From Myxococcota bacterium (lineage in GTDB: Bacteria; Myxococcota_A; UBA9160; UBA6930), in assembly GCA_028277885.1 (NCBI GenBank), contig JANQFK010000022.1, positions 69,909 to 133,908 on the forward strand: DNA of 64,000 bases, written 5' to 3'. Shown here in pieces: positions 22,778 to 33,595 of this stretch. How positions within the stretch are numbered: the stretch's first letter is position 1; each line of letters opens with the position of its first letter. The notes under the pieces were generated by a model. The model was not told the DNA's origin and did not search any database. It saw only the letters and a program-made list of their open reading frames with translations. A program made the translations under genes and the position numbers.

Positions 22778-24709
22778 ATGAGCGACGTCGGCGTCCGTCT
22801 TCCGGACGGCCGGGTCGTCGAGGTGCCGGCGGGATCGACCGTCCTCGACGTCGCCGGGCGCATCGGCAAGGGGCTCGCGCGCGCCGCGCTCGCGGGCCGG
22901 GTGGACGGTCGCCTGGTGGACCTGCGCACGCCGCTCGAGGCCGACGCCGCCCTCGAGATCGTGACCGGCCGCGACGCCGTGGGGGGCGAGGTGCTGCGCC
23001 ACTCCGCCGAGCACGTCATGGCCGACGCCGTGAAGCGCCTGTTCCCCGACGTGCAGATCGACGTCGGCCGCACCGACCACTCCGAGAAGTTCCAGTACGA
23101 CTTCCTCGTCGCGCAGCCCTTCACGCCCGAGGACCTCGAGCGCATCGAGGCCGAGATGGCCAAGATCCTCGCCGAGGACGCGACCTTCGAGCGCGAGGTG
23201 GTGAGCCGCGAGCGCGCCGCCGCGCTGTTCCGGGAGATGGGCGAGGATCTCAAGGTCTCGCGCGTCGAGGACATCCCCGAGGACCAGGAGATCACGCTCT
23301 TCCGCCACGGCGACTTCGTGGACCTGTGCCGCGGCCCCCACGTGCAGCACGCCGGGCAGATCGGCGCCGTGAAGCTGCTCGAGGCCGCCGGCGCCTACTG
23401 GAAGGGCGACGAGCGCAACCCGATGCTCCAGCGCATCTACGGCACCGCCTTCGGGTCGAAGAAGGAGCTCGACGCCTGGCTCGAGCGCCTCGAGGAGGCG
23501 CGCAAGCGCGACCACCGGCGGGTGGGCGCCGCCCTCGACCTGTTCCACATCGACGCGCTCTCCCCGGGGTCGCCCTTCTACCACCCCAAGGGCATGGTGC
23601 TCTACAACGGCCTGGTCGAGTACGTGCGCTCCCTCTACCCGCGCTACGGCTACCAGGAGGTGATGACGCCCCAGCTGTTCCGCTCGGAGCTCTTCAAGAC
23701 CTCGGGCCACTACGCCGAGTTCCACGACGACATGTTCTGGTTCGAGGGGGCCGACGAGGGCGAGGAGCTCGGCGTCAAGGCGATGAACTGCCCGGGGCAC
23801 TGCGAGCTGTTCCGCTTCACCAAGCGCTCCTACCGCGACCTGCCCCTGCGCTTCGCGGAGTTCTCGCGGCTGCACCGCAACGAGCGCAGCGGCACCCTCA
23901 CCGGGCTGTCGCGGGTGCGCTCCATGGCCCAGGACGACGCCCACGTCTACTGCGAGCCCGAGCAGGTGCCCCAGGAGATCGAGCGGTTCTTCGAGATGAC
24001 CGCCGAGGTCTACCGCGACCTCGGGATCTCCGGGGTGAAGGTGTCGGTCTCGACCCGCCCGGAGCAGTTCCTCGGCGACCCCGCCGACTGGGACCGGGCC
24101 GAGAAGGCGCTGGTCGAGTCCGTGCGCGGGGCCGGCTTCGAGTGCGGCATCAAGGAGGGCGAGGCCGCCTTCTACGCCCCCAAGGTCGAGTTCGACTTCG
24201 AGGACGTCCTGGGCCGGGTGTGGACCCTCTCGACGCTCCAGATCGACATGGCCATGCCCGGACGCTTCGGGCTGCGCTACGTGGGCCGGGACGGTCAGGA
24301 GCACCAGCCCGCCATGCTCCACCGCGCCATCCTGGGCTCCCTCGAGCGCTTCATCGCCATCTACACCGAGCACACCGCGGGCGACTTCCCGCTCTGGCTG
24401 TCGCCGGTCCAGGTGGCGGTGCTGCCCATCACCGAGCGCCACCGGGAGTACGCCCACAAGGTGCGCGATGCCCTGGCCGAGGCGGGCATCCGCGTGGAGC
24501 TCGACGCCCGGGACGAGAAGCTCGGCTTCAAGATCCGCGAGGCCGAGACCCGGAAGATCCCCGTCATGCTGGTGGTGGGGGACCAGGAAGAGAGCAACGG
24601 GACCGTCACGCCCCGCTGGCGGCGCGACGAGCAGCGAAAGGCCGAGGCCGTGGCCGTGGACGCCTTCGTGAGCGACCTCGCCGAGCACGTCGCCCACCGG
24701 CGCGGATGA
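22778..24709 (+). CDS. thrS: Threonyl-tRNA synthetase
   Basis: 643-aa ORF. It has an N-terminal TGS domain, an editing domain, class II core motifs and an anticodon-binding C-terminus. Confidence 0.95.
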   Translation: MSDVGVRLPDGRVVEVPAGSTVLDVAGRIGKGLARAALAGRVDGRLVDLRTPLEADAALEIVTGRDAVGGEVLRHSAEHVMADAVKRLFPDVQIDVGRTDHSEKFQYDFLVAQPFTPEDLERIEAEMAKILAEDATFEREVVSRERAAALFREMGEDLKVSRVEDIPEDQEITLFRHGDFVDLCRGPHVQHAGQIGAVKLLEAAGAYWKGDERNPMLQRIYGTAFGSKKELDAWLERLEEARKRDHRRVGAALDLFHIDALSPGSPFYHPKGMVLYNGLVEYVRSLYPRYGYQEVMTPQLFRSELFKTSGHYAEFHDDMFWFEGADEGEELGVKAMNCPGHCELFRFTKRSYRDLPLRFAEFSRLHRNERSGTLTGLSRVRSMAQDDAHVYCEPEQVPQEIERFFEMTAEVYRDLGISGVKVSVSTRPEQFLGDPADWDRAEKALVESVRGAGFECGIKEGEAAFYAPKVEFDFEDVLGRVWTLSTLQIDMAMPGRFGLRYVGRDGQEHQPAMLHRAILGSLERFIAIYTEHTAGDFPLWLSPVQVAVLPITERHREYAHKVRDALAEAGIRVELDARDEKLGFKIREAETRKIPVMLVVGDQEESNGTVTPRWRRDEQRKAEAVAVDAFVSDLAEHVAHRRG

Positions 24710-24731
24710 GCCCAGACAGGAGGATAGCCGC

Positions 24732-25413
<682 letters not shown>

Positions 25414-25421
<8 letters not shown>

Positions 25422-25611
25422 GATGAAGTCGCACCGCGGCGCCGCGAAGCGGTTCAAGACGACCGCCAGCGGACGCGTGGTGCACCAGAAGCAGAACAAG
25501 CGGCACATCCTCACCAAGATGCGCTCGAAGCGGAAGCGGCAGCTGCGCGGGCGCGGTGAGCTGACCGGCGCCGACCGGCGCCGGATCGCCGAGCTGCTGC
25601 CGTACCTGTAG
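25414..25611 (+). CDS. rpmI: 50S ribosomal protein L35
   Basis: [15 protein letters not shown]... 65 aa. Overlaps the infC end by 8 nt. Confidence 0.95.
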
Positions 25612-25657
25612 GTCCAGGGCGCGCGCCCCACCCCGGGTCGCGCCGGAAGGAGAGACC

Positions 25658-26017
25658 ATGCCTCGTGTGAAGCGCGGCGTCGCGGCCCACCGCCGCCACA
25701 AGCGCATCCTGAAGGAAGCCAAGGGCTACTGGGGCGGCCGCAGCCGCCTGATCAAGACCGCCCGGGAGGCCGTTGAGAAGGGCTGGAAGTACGCCTACCG
25801 CGACCGCAAGACGCGCAAGCGCGAGTTCCGCGGCCTGTGGATCGCCCGCATCAACGCGGCGGCCCGGGAGCACGGGCTCTCCTACAGCCGCTTCGTCAAC
25901 GGGCTCCACAAGGCCGGGGTGGAGGTCGACCGCAAGAACCTCGCCGCCCTGGCGGTGGACGACCCCCAGGCCTTCAAGGACCTCGCCGAGCTGGCCCGGA
26001 CCCAGGTCCAGGCCTGA
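25658..26017 (+). CDS. rplT: 50S ribosomal protein L20
   Basis: [19 protein letters not shown]... 119 aa. Confidence 0.95.
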   Translation: MPRVKRGVAAHRRHKRILKEAKGYWGGRSRLIKTAREAVEKGWKYAYRDRKTRKREFRGLWIARINAAAREHGLSYSRFVNGLHKAGVEVDRKNLAALAVDDPQAFKDLAELARTQVQA

Positions 26018-26024
26018 GGCCGTC

Positions 26025-27017
26025 GTGGCCGGGCCGGCGCGCAACCTCGACGAGCTGCTGGCGGAGGCGGAGGCCGCCCTCGCCGCGGCGGCGTCCGTCC
26101 CCGAGCTGACCGAGACCCGCGCCCGGTTCCTGGGCCGCAAGGGCTCGCTGAGCGGCGTGCTGCGCGGCCTCGGCGAGCTGCCGCCCGAGGAGCGCGCCCG
26201 GGTGGGCCAGGAGGCCAACCGCGCCAAGGAGCGCATCGAGGCCCTGGCCCGGGAGCGCCGCGAGGCCCTCGAGCAGGAGGGCCGGGGCCGCGCCCTGGCC
26301 GAGCACCGCCTCGACGTGACCCTGCCCGGCGCCGCGCCGCCCCGGGGCCACCTGCACCCCGTGACCCGCATCGAGCGCGAGATGTGCGCCTTCTTCCGGT
26401 CCCTCGGCTACTCCATCGAGGACGGGCCCGAGGTCGACACCGACCACAACAACTTCGGCGCGCTCAACTTCCCCGACGACCATCCGGCGCGCGACACCCA
26501 GGACACGTTCTTCGTGGAGGGCGGTCACGTGCTGCGCACCCACACCTCGAACGTGCAGATCCGCGCCATGACGGGGCGCACGCCTCCCTTCCGCTTCATC
26601 GCGCCGGGCCGGGTCTACCGCCACGACCTCGACCCCACCCACTACCCGATGTTCCACCAGATCGAGGCCTTCTGCGTGGACGAGGACGTGACCTTCGCGG
26701 ACCTGAAGGGCACCCTCTACGCCTTCGCGCGCCACCTCTTCGGGCCGGACACGAAGCTGCGCTTCCGCGCCCACTTCTTCCCCTTCACCGAGCCCTCCGC
26801 CGAGATGGACTTCTGGTGGAAGGACCGCTGGCTCGAGTGGGGGGGCTGCGGGATGATCCACCCCCAGGTGCTGCGCAACTGCGGCATCGACCCCGAGCGC
26901 CACCAGGGCTTCGCCTTCGGCATGGGGATCGACCGCACCGCCATGGACCGCTGGGCGATCCCCAACATCCACCTGCTCTTCGAGGGCGACGCGCGGGTGG
27001 TGGAGCAGGTGGGGTGA
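26025..27017 (+). CDS. pheS: Phenylalanyl-tRNA synthetase alpha subunit
   Basis: GTG at 26025, in the frame of track ORF 25773... Motifs HPVTRIEREM, FPDDHPARDTQDTFF and FPFTEPSAE are present. Start is inferred. Confidence 0.9.
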   Translation: MAGPARNLDELLAEAEAALAAAASVPELTETRARFLGRKGSLSGVLRGLGELPPEERARVGQEANRAKERIEALARERREALEQEGRGRALAEHRLDVTLPGAAPPRGHLHPVTRIEREMCAFFRSLGYSIEDGPEVDTDHNNFGALNFPDDHPARDTQDTFFVEGGHVLRTHTSNVQIRAMTGRTPPFRFIAPGRVYRHDLDPTHYPMFHQIEAFCVDEDVTFADLKGTLYAFARHLFGPDTKLRFRAHFFPFTEPSAEMDFWWKDRWLEWGGCGMIHPQVLRNCGIDPERHQGFAFGMGIDRTAMDRWAIPNIHLLFEGDARVVEQVG

Positions 27018-27024
27018 GGGCCCG

Positions 27025-29430
27025 ATGAAGTTCTCCCTCACCTGGCTCGCCGAGTGGGTGGACCTGCCCGAGTCCGTGGACCTGCTGGAGGAGCGCCTCA
27101 CCCTGGGCGGCCTGGAGATCGAGGAGCGCATCGCGTCGGGGCCGGACCTCTCGGCCCTGCGCGTGGGCCACGTGCTGGAGCGCGGCCCCCACCCGAACGC
27201 CGACCGGCTCTCGCTGTGCCGCGTCGAGGTCGGGGAGGGCGAGCCCCTGGAGATCGTGTGCGGGGCCCCGAACGTGGCGGCCGGGCAGAAGGTCGCGGTG
27301 GCGCTCCACGGCGACGTGCTGCCCGACGGCCTGAAGATCAAGCGCTCGAAGATCCGCGGGGTCACCTCCAACGGCATGATCTGCTCGGGCCGGGAGCTGG
27401 GCCTCGGCGACGACCACGACGGCATCCTCGTGCTCCCCGAGGACGCCGCCGTGGGGGCGCCGCTGCCGAGCGCGCTGCCGCCCGGCGACGTGGTGCTCGA
27501 CGTCGAGATCACCCCCAACCGGGGCGACTGGGTCTCCATGCTCGGCATGGCGCGCGAGGTGCGGGCGCAGCTCGGCGGCGCGCTGCGCCTGCCGCCGATC
27601 GACTGCCCCGAGGCCGGCGCGCCGGCGGCGGAGTCGGTGCGGGTCGCCGTGGAGGACGCCGAGGGCTGCCACCGCTACGCGGCGCGGGTGGTGCGCGGCG
27701 TGCGCGTCGCCGAGTCGCCGGAGTGGCTGCAGCAGCGGCTGGAGGCCGCCGGGGTGCGGCCCATCAACAACGTGGTGGACGTGACCAACCTCGTCCTGCT
27801 CGAGTTCGGCCAGCCCCTCCACGCCTTCGATCTCGCCAAGCTGCGCGGGGGCGTGGTGCGGGTGCGCTCCGCCGAGCCCGACGAGAAGATCGTCACCCTG
27901 GACGGACAGGCCCGGCAGCTGGCCGCCGAGGACCTGGTGATCGCCGACGCCGCGGGCGCCATCGCGGTGGCCGGGGTGATGGGCGGGGCCGAGAGCGAGG
28001 TGGGCGACGACACCCGCGACGTCCTGATCGAGAGCGCCCACTTCCAGCCGGCGCGGGTGCGCCGCACGGCGCGCCGGCTGGGCCTGCACACCGACGCCTC
28101 CTACCGCTTCGAGCGAGGCGTGGACGCCAGCGGCATCGAGCGCGCCGCGGCGCGGGCCGCGCGCCTGATCCAGGAGCTGGCCGGCGGCGAGGTCGCGACG
28201 GGGGAGGTGGTGGCCCTGGGCCGGCCGCCCCACCGCACCGAGGAGATCCCGCTCGATCCCGCGCGGGTGAACCGGCTGCTCGGGACCGCGCTCTCCCGGG
28301 AGGAGATCGGGGTGCTGCTCGAGCGCGTCGACGTGGCCGTCGAGGCGGACGGGGATGGGCTGCGCTGCCGGCCGCCGGTCTACCGCAACGACCTCCACAT
28401 CCCCGTCGACCTCATCGAGGAGGTGGCCCGGGTGTACGGCTACGACCGCATCGAGCCGACCCTGCCCGACGCCGCGCTCGAGGGGGCCAGCGAGCCCACC
28501 GAGCACCGCCTCGGGGCCCTCGCCCGGGACGCCCTGTGCGGGGCGGGCCTCGTCGAGCTGATGACCTTCTCGGCCTTCGCGCCCGAGGACCCGGACTTCC
28601 TGCGGCTCGCCGCCGACGACCCGCGCCGGCGCACCGTCACCATCGTGAACCCGATCCAGGCGAGCGCCCCCTGGCTGCGCACCACCCTGGTGCCCTCGCT
28701 GCTGCGGGCGACGCGGCAGAACCTGGCCCGCCAGCTCGACGGCGTGCGCGTGTTCGAGGTGAGCCGGGTGTTCCGGGCCGCGCGCAAGGAGGTGGCGCTC
28801 CCCGAGGAGCGCCTCGAGGCCTGCGCGGTGCTGGCCGGCGAGACGGATCCGGGCTTCTGGGGCCGCGGCGACGTGCCGCCCTTCTTCCGGGCCAAGGGCG
28901 TGGCGACGCGCCTGCTCGAGGCGCTCGGCCACGAGGCGGAGTTCCGCGCCGGCAGCGACGAGCCCTTCCTGCACCCGTCGGTGGCGGGCACGCTGCTCGT
29001 GCACGGGCGCCCGGTGGTGTCCCTCGGCGAGCTGCATCCCGAGACCGCGGCGCGCTACGAGATCGAGGCGCCCACCGCGGTGGTGACCGCGGACCTGGCC
29101 GCGCTCCTCGACCTCGAGCCGGAGCTGCGCCGCTACGAGCCGGTCTCGCGCCACCCGCGCGTGCGCCGCGACCTGGCCGTCCTGCTCGGGCGCGACGTGG
29201 CGGCCGGGGAGGTGCTCGACGCCATCCGCAAGGCGGCGGGGAGCGCCCTCGAGTCGGCCCGGGTCTTCGATCGCTACGAGGGCCGCGGCGTGGCCGAGGG
29301 CAAGGTGAGCGTGGCGTTCCGGCTCGACTTCCAGCGCCCGGACCGCACGCTGACCGACGCCGAGGTGACCAAGGCGACGGACAAGGTGGTGCGCATGCTG
29401 GCGCAACGATTCGGCGGGGAGCTTCGATAG
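27025..29430 (+). CDS. pheT: Phenylalanyl-tRNA synthetase beta subunit
   Basis: MKFSLTWLAEWVDLP... 801 aa, with tRNA-binding, B3/4, B5 and FDX-ACB regions. Confidence 0.95.
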   Translation: MKFSLTWLAEWVDLPESVDLLEERLTLGGLEIEERIASGPDLSALRVGHVLERGPHPNADRLSLCRVEVGEGEPLEIVCGAPNVAAGQKVAVALHGDVLPDGLKIKRSKIRGVTSNGMICSGRELGLGDDHDGILVLPEDAAVGAPLPSALPPGDVVLDVEITPNRGDWVSMLGMAREVRAQLGGALRLPPIDCPEAGAPAAESVRVAVEDAEGCHRYAARVVRGVRVAESPEWLQQRLEAAGVRPINNVVDVTNLVLLEFGQPLHAFDLAKLRGGVVRVRSAEPDEKIVTLDGQARQLAAEDLVIADAAGAIAVAGVMGGAESEVGDDTRDVLIESAHFQPARVRRTARRLGLHTDASYRFERGVDASGIERAAARAARLIQELAGGEVATGEVVALGRPPHRTEEIPLDPARVNRLLGTALSREEIGVLLERVDVAVEADGDGLRCRPPVYRNDLHIPVDLIEEVARVYGYDRIEPTLPDAALEGASEPTEHRLGALARDALCGAGLVELMTFSAFAPEDPDFLRLAADDPRRRTVTIVNPIQASAPWLRTTLVPSLLRATRQNLARQLDGVRVFEVSRVFRAARKEVALPEERLEACAVLAGETDPGFWGRGDVPPFFRAKGVATRLLEALGHEAEFRAGSDEPFLHPSVAGTLLVHGRPVVSLGELHPETAARYEIEAPTAVVTADLAALLDLEPELRRYEPVSRHPRVRRDLAVLLGRDVAAGEVLDAIRKAAGSALESARVFDRYEGRGVAEGKVSVAFRLDFQRPDRTLTDAEVTKATDKVVRMLAQRFGGELR

Positions 29431-29455
29431 CACCGTGTCACGAGGGGGAAGGAAC

Positions 29456-29758
29456 ATGACCAAGGCGGAGATCGTCGAGCAGATCTACGAGCGGGTGGGC
29501 TTCTCGAAGAAGGAGAGCGCCGAGCTCGTGGAGAAGGTGTTCCAGATCATCAAGGACACCCTCGCCGCGGGGGAGAAGGTGAAGATCTCGGGCTTCGGGA
29601 ACTTCGTGGTGCGGGAGAAGAACGCGCGCAAGGGCCGCAATCCCCAGACCGGCGAGGAGATCCGGCTCTCGGCCCGGCGGGTCCTCACCTTCAAGCCGAG
29701 TCTCGTGCTAAAGAACATCCTGAACGAGGACGGGGGTCCCACCCAGGACGCGAGCTGA
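29456..29758 (+). CDS. ihfA: Integration host factor alpha subunit (HU/IHF family)
   Basis: ATG at 29456 follows GGGGGAAGG. The sequence MTKAEIVEQIYERVGFSKKESAELVE...GFGNFVVREKNARKGRNPQTGEEI matches the family. The position after pheST is conserved. Confidence 0.85.
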   Translation: MTKAEIVEQIYERVGFSKKESAELVEKVFQIIKDTLAAGEKVKISGFGNFVVREKNARKGRNPQTGEEIRLSARRVLTFKPSLVLKNILNEDGGPTQDAS

Positions 29759-29812
29759 TCCCGAGCCGGGCCCGCCCCGAGGGAAGCTCGCCCGAGACAT
29801 CCAGGAGGCCGG

Positions 29813-30208
29813 ATGGCCGACCACGACCGCGAGCCCGACGCCCGCTCCGGCGCCGACGCCCCCGCCGAAGGCAAGCGCTACTACCGCATCGGCGAGGTGA
29901 GCCGCATCACCGGCGTGAAGCCCTACGTGCTCCGCTACTGGGAGTCGGAGTTCCGCTGGATGGCCCCGGCCAAGTCCCGCTCCAAGCAGCGCCTGTACCG
30001 CCAGCGCGACATCGAGGTGATCCAGCTGATCAAGAAGCTGCTCTACGAGGAGCGCTTCACGATCGCCGGGGCGCGCAAGCGGCTGCGGGAGCTGGGCGTG
30101 GCCCGTGCCCTCGAGCAGCCCCAGCCCGAGCTGGCCTTCGAGGTGGACCCGCGCACGCAGCTCGAGAAGATCCGCGAGGAGCTGCGGGCGATCCGAGGCC
30201 TGCTCTGA
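29813..30208 (+). CDS. MerR-family transcriptional regulator
   Basis: The HTH region reads YYRIGEVSRITGVKPYVLRYWESEF. 131 aa. Confidence 0.85.
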   Translation: MADHDREPDARSGADAPAEGKRYYRIGEVSRITGVKPYVLRYWESEFRWMAPAKSRSKQRLYRQRDIEVIQLIKKLLYEERFTIAGARKRLRELGVARALEQPQPELAFEVDPRTQLEKIREELRAIRGLL

Positions 30209-30212
30209 GGGT

Positions 30213-30238
30213 CGCGCGCCCCCGCCGCGGGGCGCGCG
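30213..30238 (+). promoter_or_regulatory. Very stable 10-bp all-GC hairpin between the merR stop and the next gene's start codon
   Basis: CGCGCGCCCC (30213-30222), a 6-nt loop, then GGGGCGCGCG (30229-30238). The last stem nucleotide is the G of the GTG start at 30238. There is no U-tract. Confidence 0.4.
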
Positions 30239-31164
30239 TGCTGCGCAGCGTCCTCGCGGCCGGATCCCTCGTCGCCGCGGCGGGCGCCGCTCAGGCCGGG
30301 CCGGAGGGGCAGGGGGACGCGGCCGCCCCCGCCTGCGCGCCGTGGCCGGGCGAGCCCGCCCCGCTGCCGAACGCCGAGGGCGACGACCTGGTGGCGGCCC
30401 GCTGGGCGGCGTTCCGCGCCGCCGAGCTGGCGGGGCTCGCCGCCGAGGCCGAGCTCCGCTCGCGGGCCCTCGCTCACGCGCTGTGGACCCACGTGGCGTG
30501 CCTCGACGGGCGCCGGCCCGAGGTGGCGGGGGCCCTCGAGCGCACGCGGCCCGTGCGCGTGCGGCGTCCCCCCCTCGCGACGGTGCGCGAGCTGCCCGGG
30601 CGGCGCGGCTCGGCCCAGGACGCAGCCCGGCGGCTCGGCGATCCCGTGGCCCTGGTCGGCCTGCGCGACAGCCTGCCCGCCGTCTCCGAGGGGCCTCCCG
30701 CGACGTCGTCCCTGGCCCGCGCCGAGACGGCGGCCAGCGAGGCGGAGAGTGCGCTTCGCGAGGCCCGCTTCGAGGACGCCCTGGCGCGGGTCGAACGGGC
30801 GCGCGCCGAGCTTCCCGAGCGCCGGCGCCTGGTGCCGGCGAAGACCCGCCTCGAGGTGGTGGGCGCCACGGCGGCGCTCGCGCTGGGCCGCGAGGACGAG
30901 GCGCGCGCCGGCTTCGGCCGCGCCCTCGCGCTCGACCCCTCCCTCGAGCTCGACCGGGCCGCGCACTCGCCGAAGGTCTACCGCCTGTTCCGCGCCGTGC
31001 GCGAGAGCCGCGCCGACGCGACGCGGGCGACGGCGGCGCCGCCGGCACCGACGCCCCCCGAGACGGCGCCCCCCGGCCCCTCGGCGGGCTCTGCGGGAGC
31101 GGCGGGTGCGACGGGGTCCGCGAGCACGGCGGACGAGACGCCTCCGGCGGAGGCCGCGCCGTGA
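30238..31164 (+). CDS. Hypothetical secreted protein with helical/TPR-like region and Pro/Ala-rich tail
   Basis: GTG start, signal peptide VLRSVLAAGSLVAAAGAAQA, and GC3-rich codons. A TPR-like stretch is present (ARFEDALARVERA...EDEARAGFGRALALDPS). Confidence 0.6.
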   Translation: MLRSVLAAGSLVAAAGAAQAGPEGQGDAAAPACAPWPGEPAPLPNAEGDDLVAARWAAFRAAELAGLAAEAELRSRALAHALWTHVACLDGRRPEVAGALERTRPVRVRRPPLATVRELPGRRGSAQDAARRLGDPVALVGLRDSLPAVSEGPPATSSLARAETAASEAESALREARFEDALARVERARAELPERRRLVPAKTRLEVVGATAALALGREDEARAGFGRALALDPSLELDRAAHSPKVYRLFRAVRESRADATRATAAPPAPTPPETAPPGPSAGSAGAAGATGSASTADETPPAEAAP

Positions 31165-32153
31165 GGCCGGTGCGCGTCGCGGCGACGCTGCTGCTGGCCG
31201 CGGCCGCGCTGGCCTGCGCGGACTGGGTCGAGCGCGCCCGCCTGCTGCTGCCCCCGGTCCTCGACGCACCCCGGGCGTGGGTGCGCGTCGACGTGGCCCA
31301 CGGCCTGTCCCGGTCGGCGGACCTGCCGGAGCCCGGGGAGGTGCCGGTCGCGATCGTGCTCGACGCGAGCCTCTCCATGGCCACGCCGATCTCCCCACGC
31401 GCGAGCCGCTACGCGGCCGCGCGTCAGCTGGCCACGCGCTACCTCGCGGCGCTGCCGAGGTCCGCGCCGGTCTCGCTGCGCGTGCCCGGGCTGACCAGCG
31501 GGGCCGAGTGCGGCCCGGCGGTGCCCATCGAGCCCGCCACCGAGGGACCCGCCACCGAGGGCCTCGCTGCGCTGATCCCCCGGCTGCCGCCGCCGCGGGG
31601 CGAGTCGTCCCTGGCCGCGGCCCTCGAAGACGTGGCGCGGGACCTGGTGAGCCGCGGAGCGGCGGCGGGCGCCCGCGTGGTGGTGCTCTCGGACCTCGAG
31701 CCCGCCTGCGCGAGCGATCCCTGCCAGGCGGCGTCGCGCCTGGTGGCCGCCGGCGCCGAGATCGAGGTCGTGGCCCTCGGCGAGGCCGAGCCGCCGGCCT
31801 GCCTGGCGGGCCTGACCTCCCGGGGCCTGCCGTCCTTCGTATCCGCCGTGCCGGTGCCGGCGGCGCCGCGCTTCCGGGTGGAGCGTGCGCCCGGCGGCAG
31901 CGACGCGGAGGCCAGCGAGCGGCTCGCCGAGGGGGTCGCCGGCGACCGGCGCGTCTTCGTCGGCACGGGTCGGGTGGTGGTCACCGTGGAGCTCGACCCG
32001 CCGGTCGCCGTGGGGCCCCTCGACCTCGAGGAGGGGGACGAGGCCTGGGTGCGCGTGCTCGACTTCCCGGAGCTCGACCCGCCCGTGCGCGAGGTCTGGG
32101 TCGAGGGCGCGGGGCGCAGCGACGACGTCGTCGAGCGCCAGGAGGGCGCGTGA
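31161..32153 (+). CDS. Signal/lipoprotein-like protein with VWA-like (MIDAS DxSxS) domain
   Basis: GTG at 31161 overlaps the upstream stop (GTGA). The N-terminus reads VAATLLLAAAALAC. VAIVLDASLSM and VVVLSDLEP resemble VWA motifs. Confidence 0.6.
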   Translation: MRPVRVAATLLLAAAALACADWVERARLLLPPVLDAPRAWVRVDVAHGLSRSADLPEPGEVPVAIVLDASLSMATPISPRASRYAAARQLATRYLAALPRSAPVSLRVPGLTSGAECGPAVPIEPATEGPATEGLAALIPRLPPPRGESSLAAALEDVARDLVSRGAAAGARVVVLSDLEPACASDPCQAASRLVAAGAEIEVVALGEAEPPACLAGLTSRGLPSFVSAVPVPAAPRFRVERAPGGSDAEASERLAEGVAGDRRVFVGTGRVVVTVELDPPVAVGPLDLEEGDEAWVRVLDFPELDPPVREVWVEGAGRSDDVVERQEGA

Positions 32154-33544
32154 GCGGTCCGGGCCACCCCGCCGATCCCTTCGCGTCGACCACCAACGCG
32201 GGGGAGTACGTCCCGCGCGAGGCCAGCGAGGCCGCCCTCGAGTCCGCCGAGTGGGCGCTGCGCTCGGGCCGTCGCACCCTGGCCCTCACGGGGCCGGCCG
32301 GCATGGGCAAGACGCTGCTGCTGCGCGTCCTCGAGCAGCGCCTCGGGAGCGACTTCCGGGTCGTCTACGCCCCCTACGCGGCGCTCCCCAGCGACGAGCT
32401 GTGCGCCTGGCTGCTGGGCCTGCTCGACGAGAAGTCCGAGGGCGCCCCGGAGCAGGAGCTGGTCGACTACGCGCGGCGCTGCGCCGAGCAGACCCAGGGC
32501 CTGGTCGCGATGATCGACGACGCCGCCTCGCTGCCGCTCGCCACCGCGCGCCGCCTCGGGGCCCTCGTCGCCGAGGCCGAGGGAGCGCTGCGACTCGTGC
32601 TGGTGTGCGCCGACGAGTCCCCGGGCGAGCGCCTGTTCCCCGCCCTCGGCGCGGTGCTGGAGGAGGTGCGGCTCGACGAGCCCATGAGCCTCGACGAGAC
32701 GCGCCACTACGTCGAGCGGCGCCTCGGGCGGGCCCGGGCCCCCGAAGCCGTGCGCGCGCGCTTCGAGCCCGACACCGTGGCGGCGCTCCACCAGCGCTCG
32801 CGCGGCATCCCCGGCGTGCTCCACCAGCTCGCCTCGGAGCTGGTGCGGGGCCGGGAGGCCGAGGCCCTGCTCGGCGAGCTTCCGCAGCCGGCGGAGCCCG
32901 TGCCGGGCTGGGCCCTCGAGGACGAGGAGGAGGACGACCTCTCGCCCACGGTTCCGCCCCAGTTCCGGCGCCGCGGCGGGATCCCCGTCCAGGCGCTGCC
33001 CCGCACCCGGCTGCTCCTGGCCGCCACCGGCCTGCTGGCCCTCGCCGCGCTGCTGCTTCCCTGGCTGCGCTCCGCCGCGCCCACCCAGTCGCCGGATCCG
33101 GCGCCCCCGCCGCCCGCCGCTCCCGTCGAGGAGCGGGTCGCGATCCCGCCGCCGGCCCCGCCCCTCACGCCTCCGCCCGCCGCGGAGCCCCTCGTCCCCG
33201 AGGCGGCCGGAGCGCGAGCGGGCGTGCCGGCCGCGGCTCCCGGAGAGGCCAGCGCCGAAGCGCCCGCTCCGGCGCCCCCCGCGCCCGCTGGCACCGCCGC
33301 CGCCCCCGCGCCCGAGGCCGCGGCGCCCGCGCCGGCCCCGACCACCTTCCACTCCGTGAACATCAACGCCACGCCCTGGGCGCGCATCGCGGTGGACGGC
33401 GTCGCGCTGGGCGAGACGCCGCTGGCCGGCATCCCGCTGCTCTCGGGTCGCCACACCATCACCGCCACGCTGCCCGACGGACGGGTCGAGGAGCGCGTGG
33501 TGGAGGTGGACGCCGAGAACCGCTTCTTCTCCTTTGGCCCCTGA
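32150..33544 (+). CDS. ExeA/GspA-like AAA ATPase - TM helix - Pro/Ala linker - PEGA-like domain
   Basis: GTG at 32150 overlaps the upstream stop. Walker A is LTGPAGMGKTLL and Walker B is VAMIDDAASL. The TM helix is LLLAATGLLALAALLLPWL. The C-terminus reads FHSVNINATPWARIAVDGVALGETPL. Confidence 0.7.
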   Translation: MSGPGHPADPFASTTNAGEYVPREASEAALESAEWALRSGRRTLALTGPAGMGKTLLLRVLEQRLGSDFRVVYAPYAALPSDELCAWLLGLLDEKSEGAPEQELVDYARRCAEQTQGLVAMIDDAASLPLATARRLGALVAEAEGALRLVLVCADESPGERLFPALGAVLEEVRLDEPMSLDETRHYVERRLGRARAPEAVRARFEPDTVAALHQRSRGIPGVLHQLASELVRGREAEALLGELPQPAEPVPGWALEDEEEDDLSPTVPPQFRRRGGIPVQALPRTRLLLAATGLLALAALLLPWLRSAAPTQSPDPAPPPPAAPVEERVAIPPPAPPLTPPPAAEPLVPEAAGARAGVPAAAPGEASAEAPAPAPPAPAGTAAAPAPEAAAPAPAPTTFHSVNINATPWARIAVDGVALGETPLAGIPLLSGRHTITATLPDGRVEERVVEVDAENRFFSFGP

Positions 33545-33595
33545 GCGTCGCGGCGCCCGCTCCGCGCGGGCGGCTCGGGGGCTCCCGGGGCCTCC

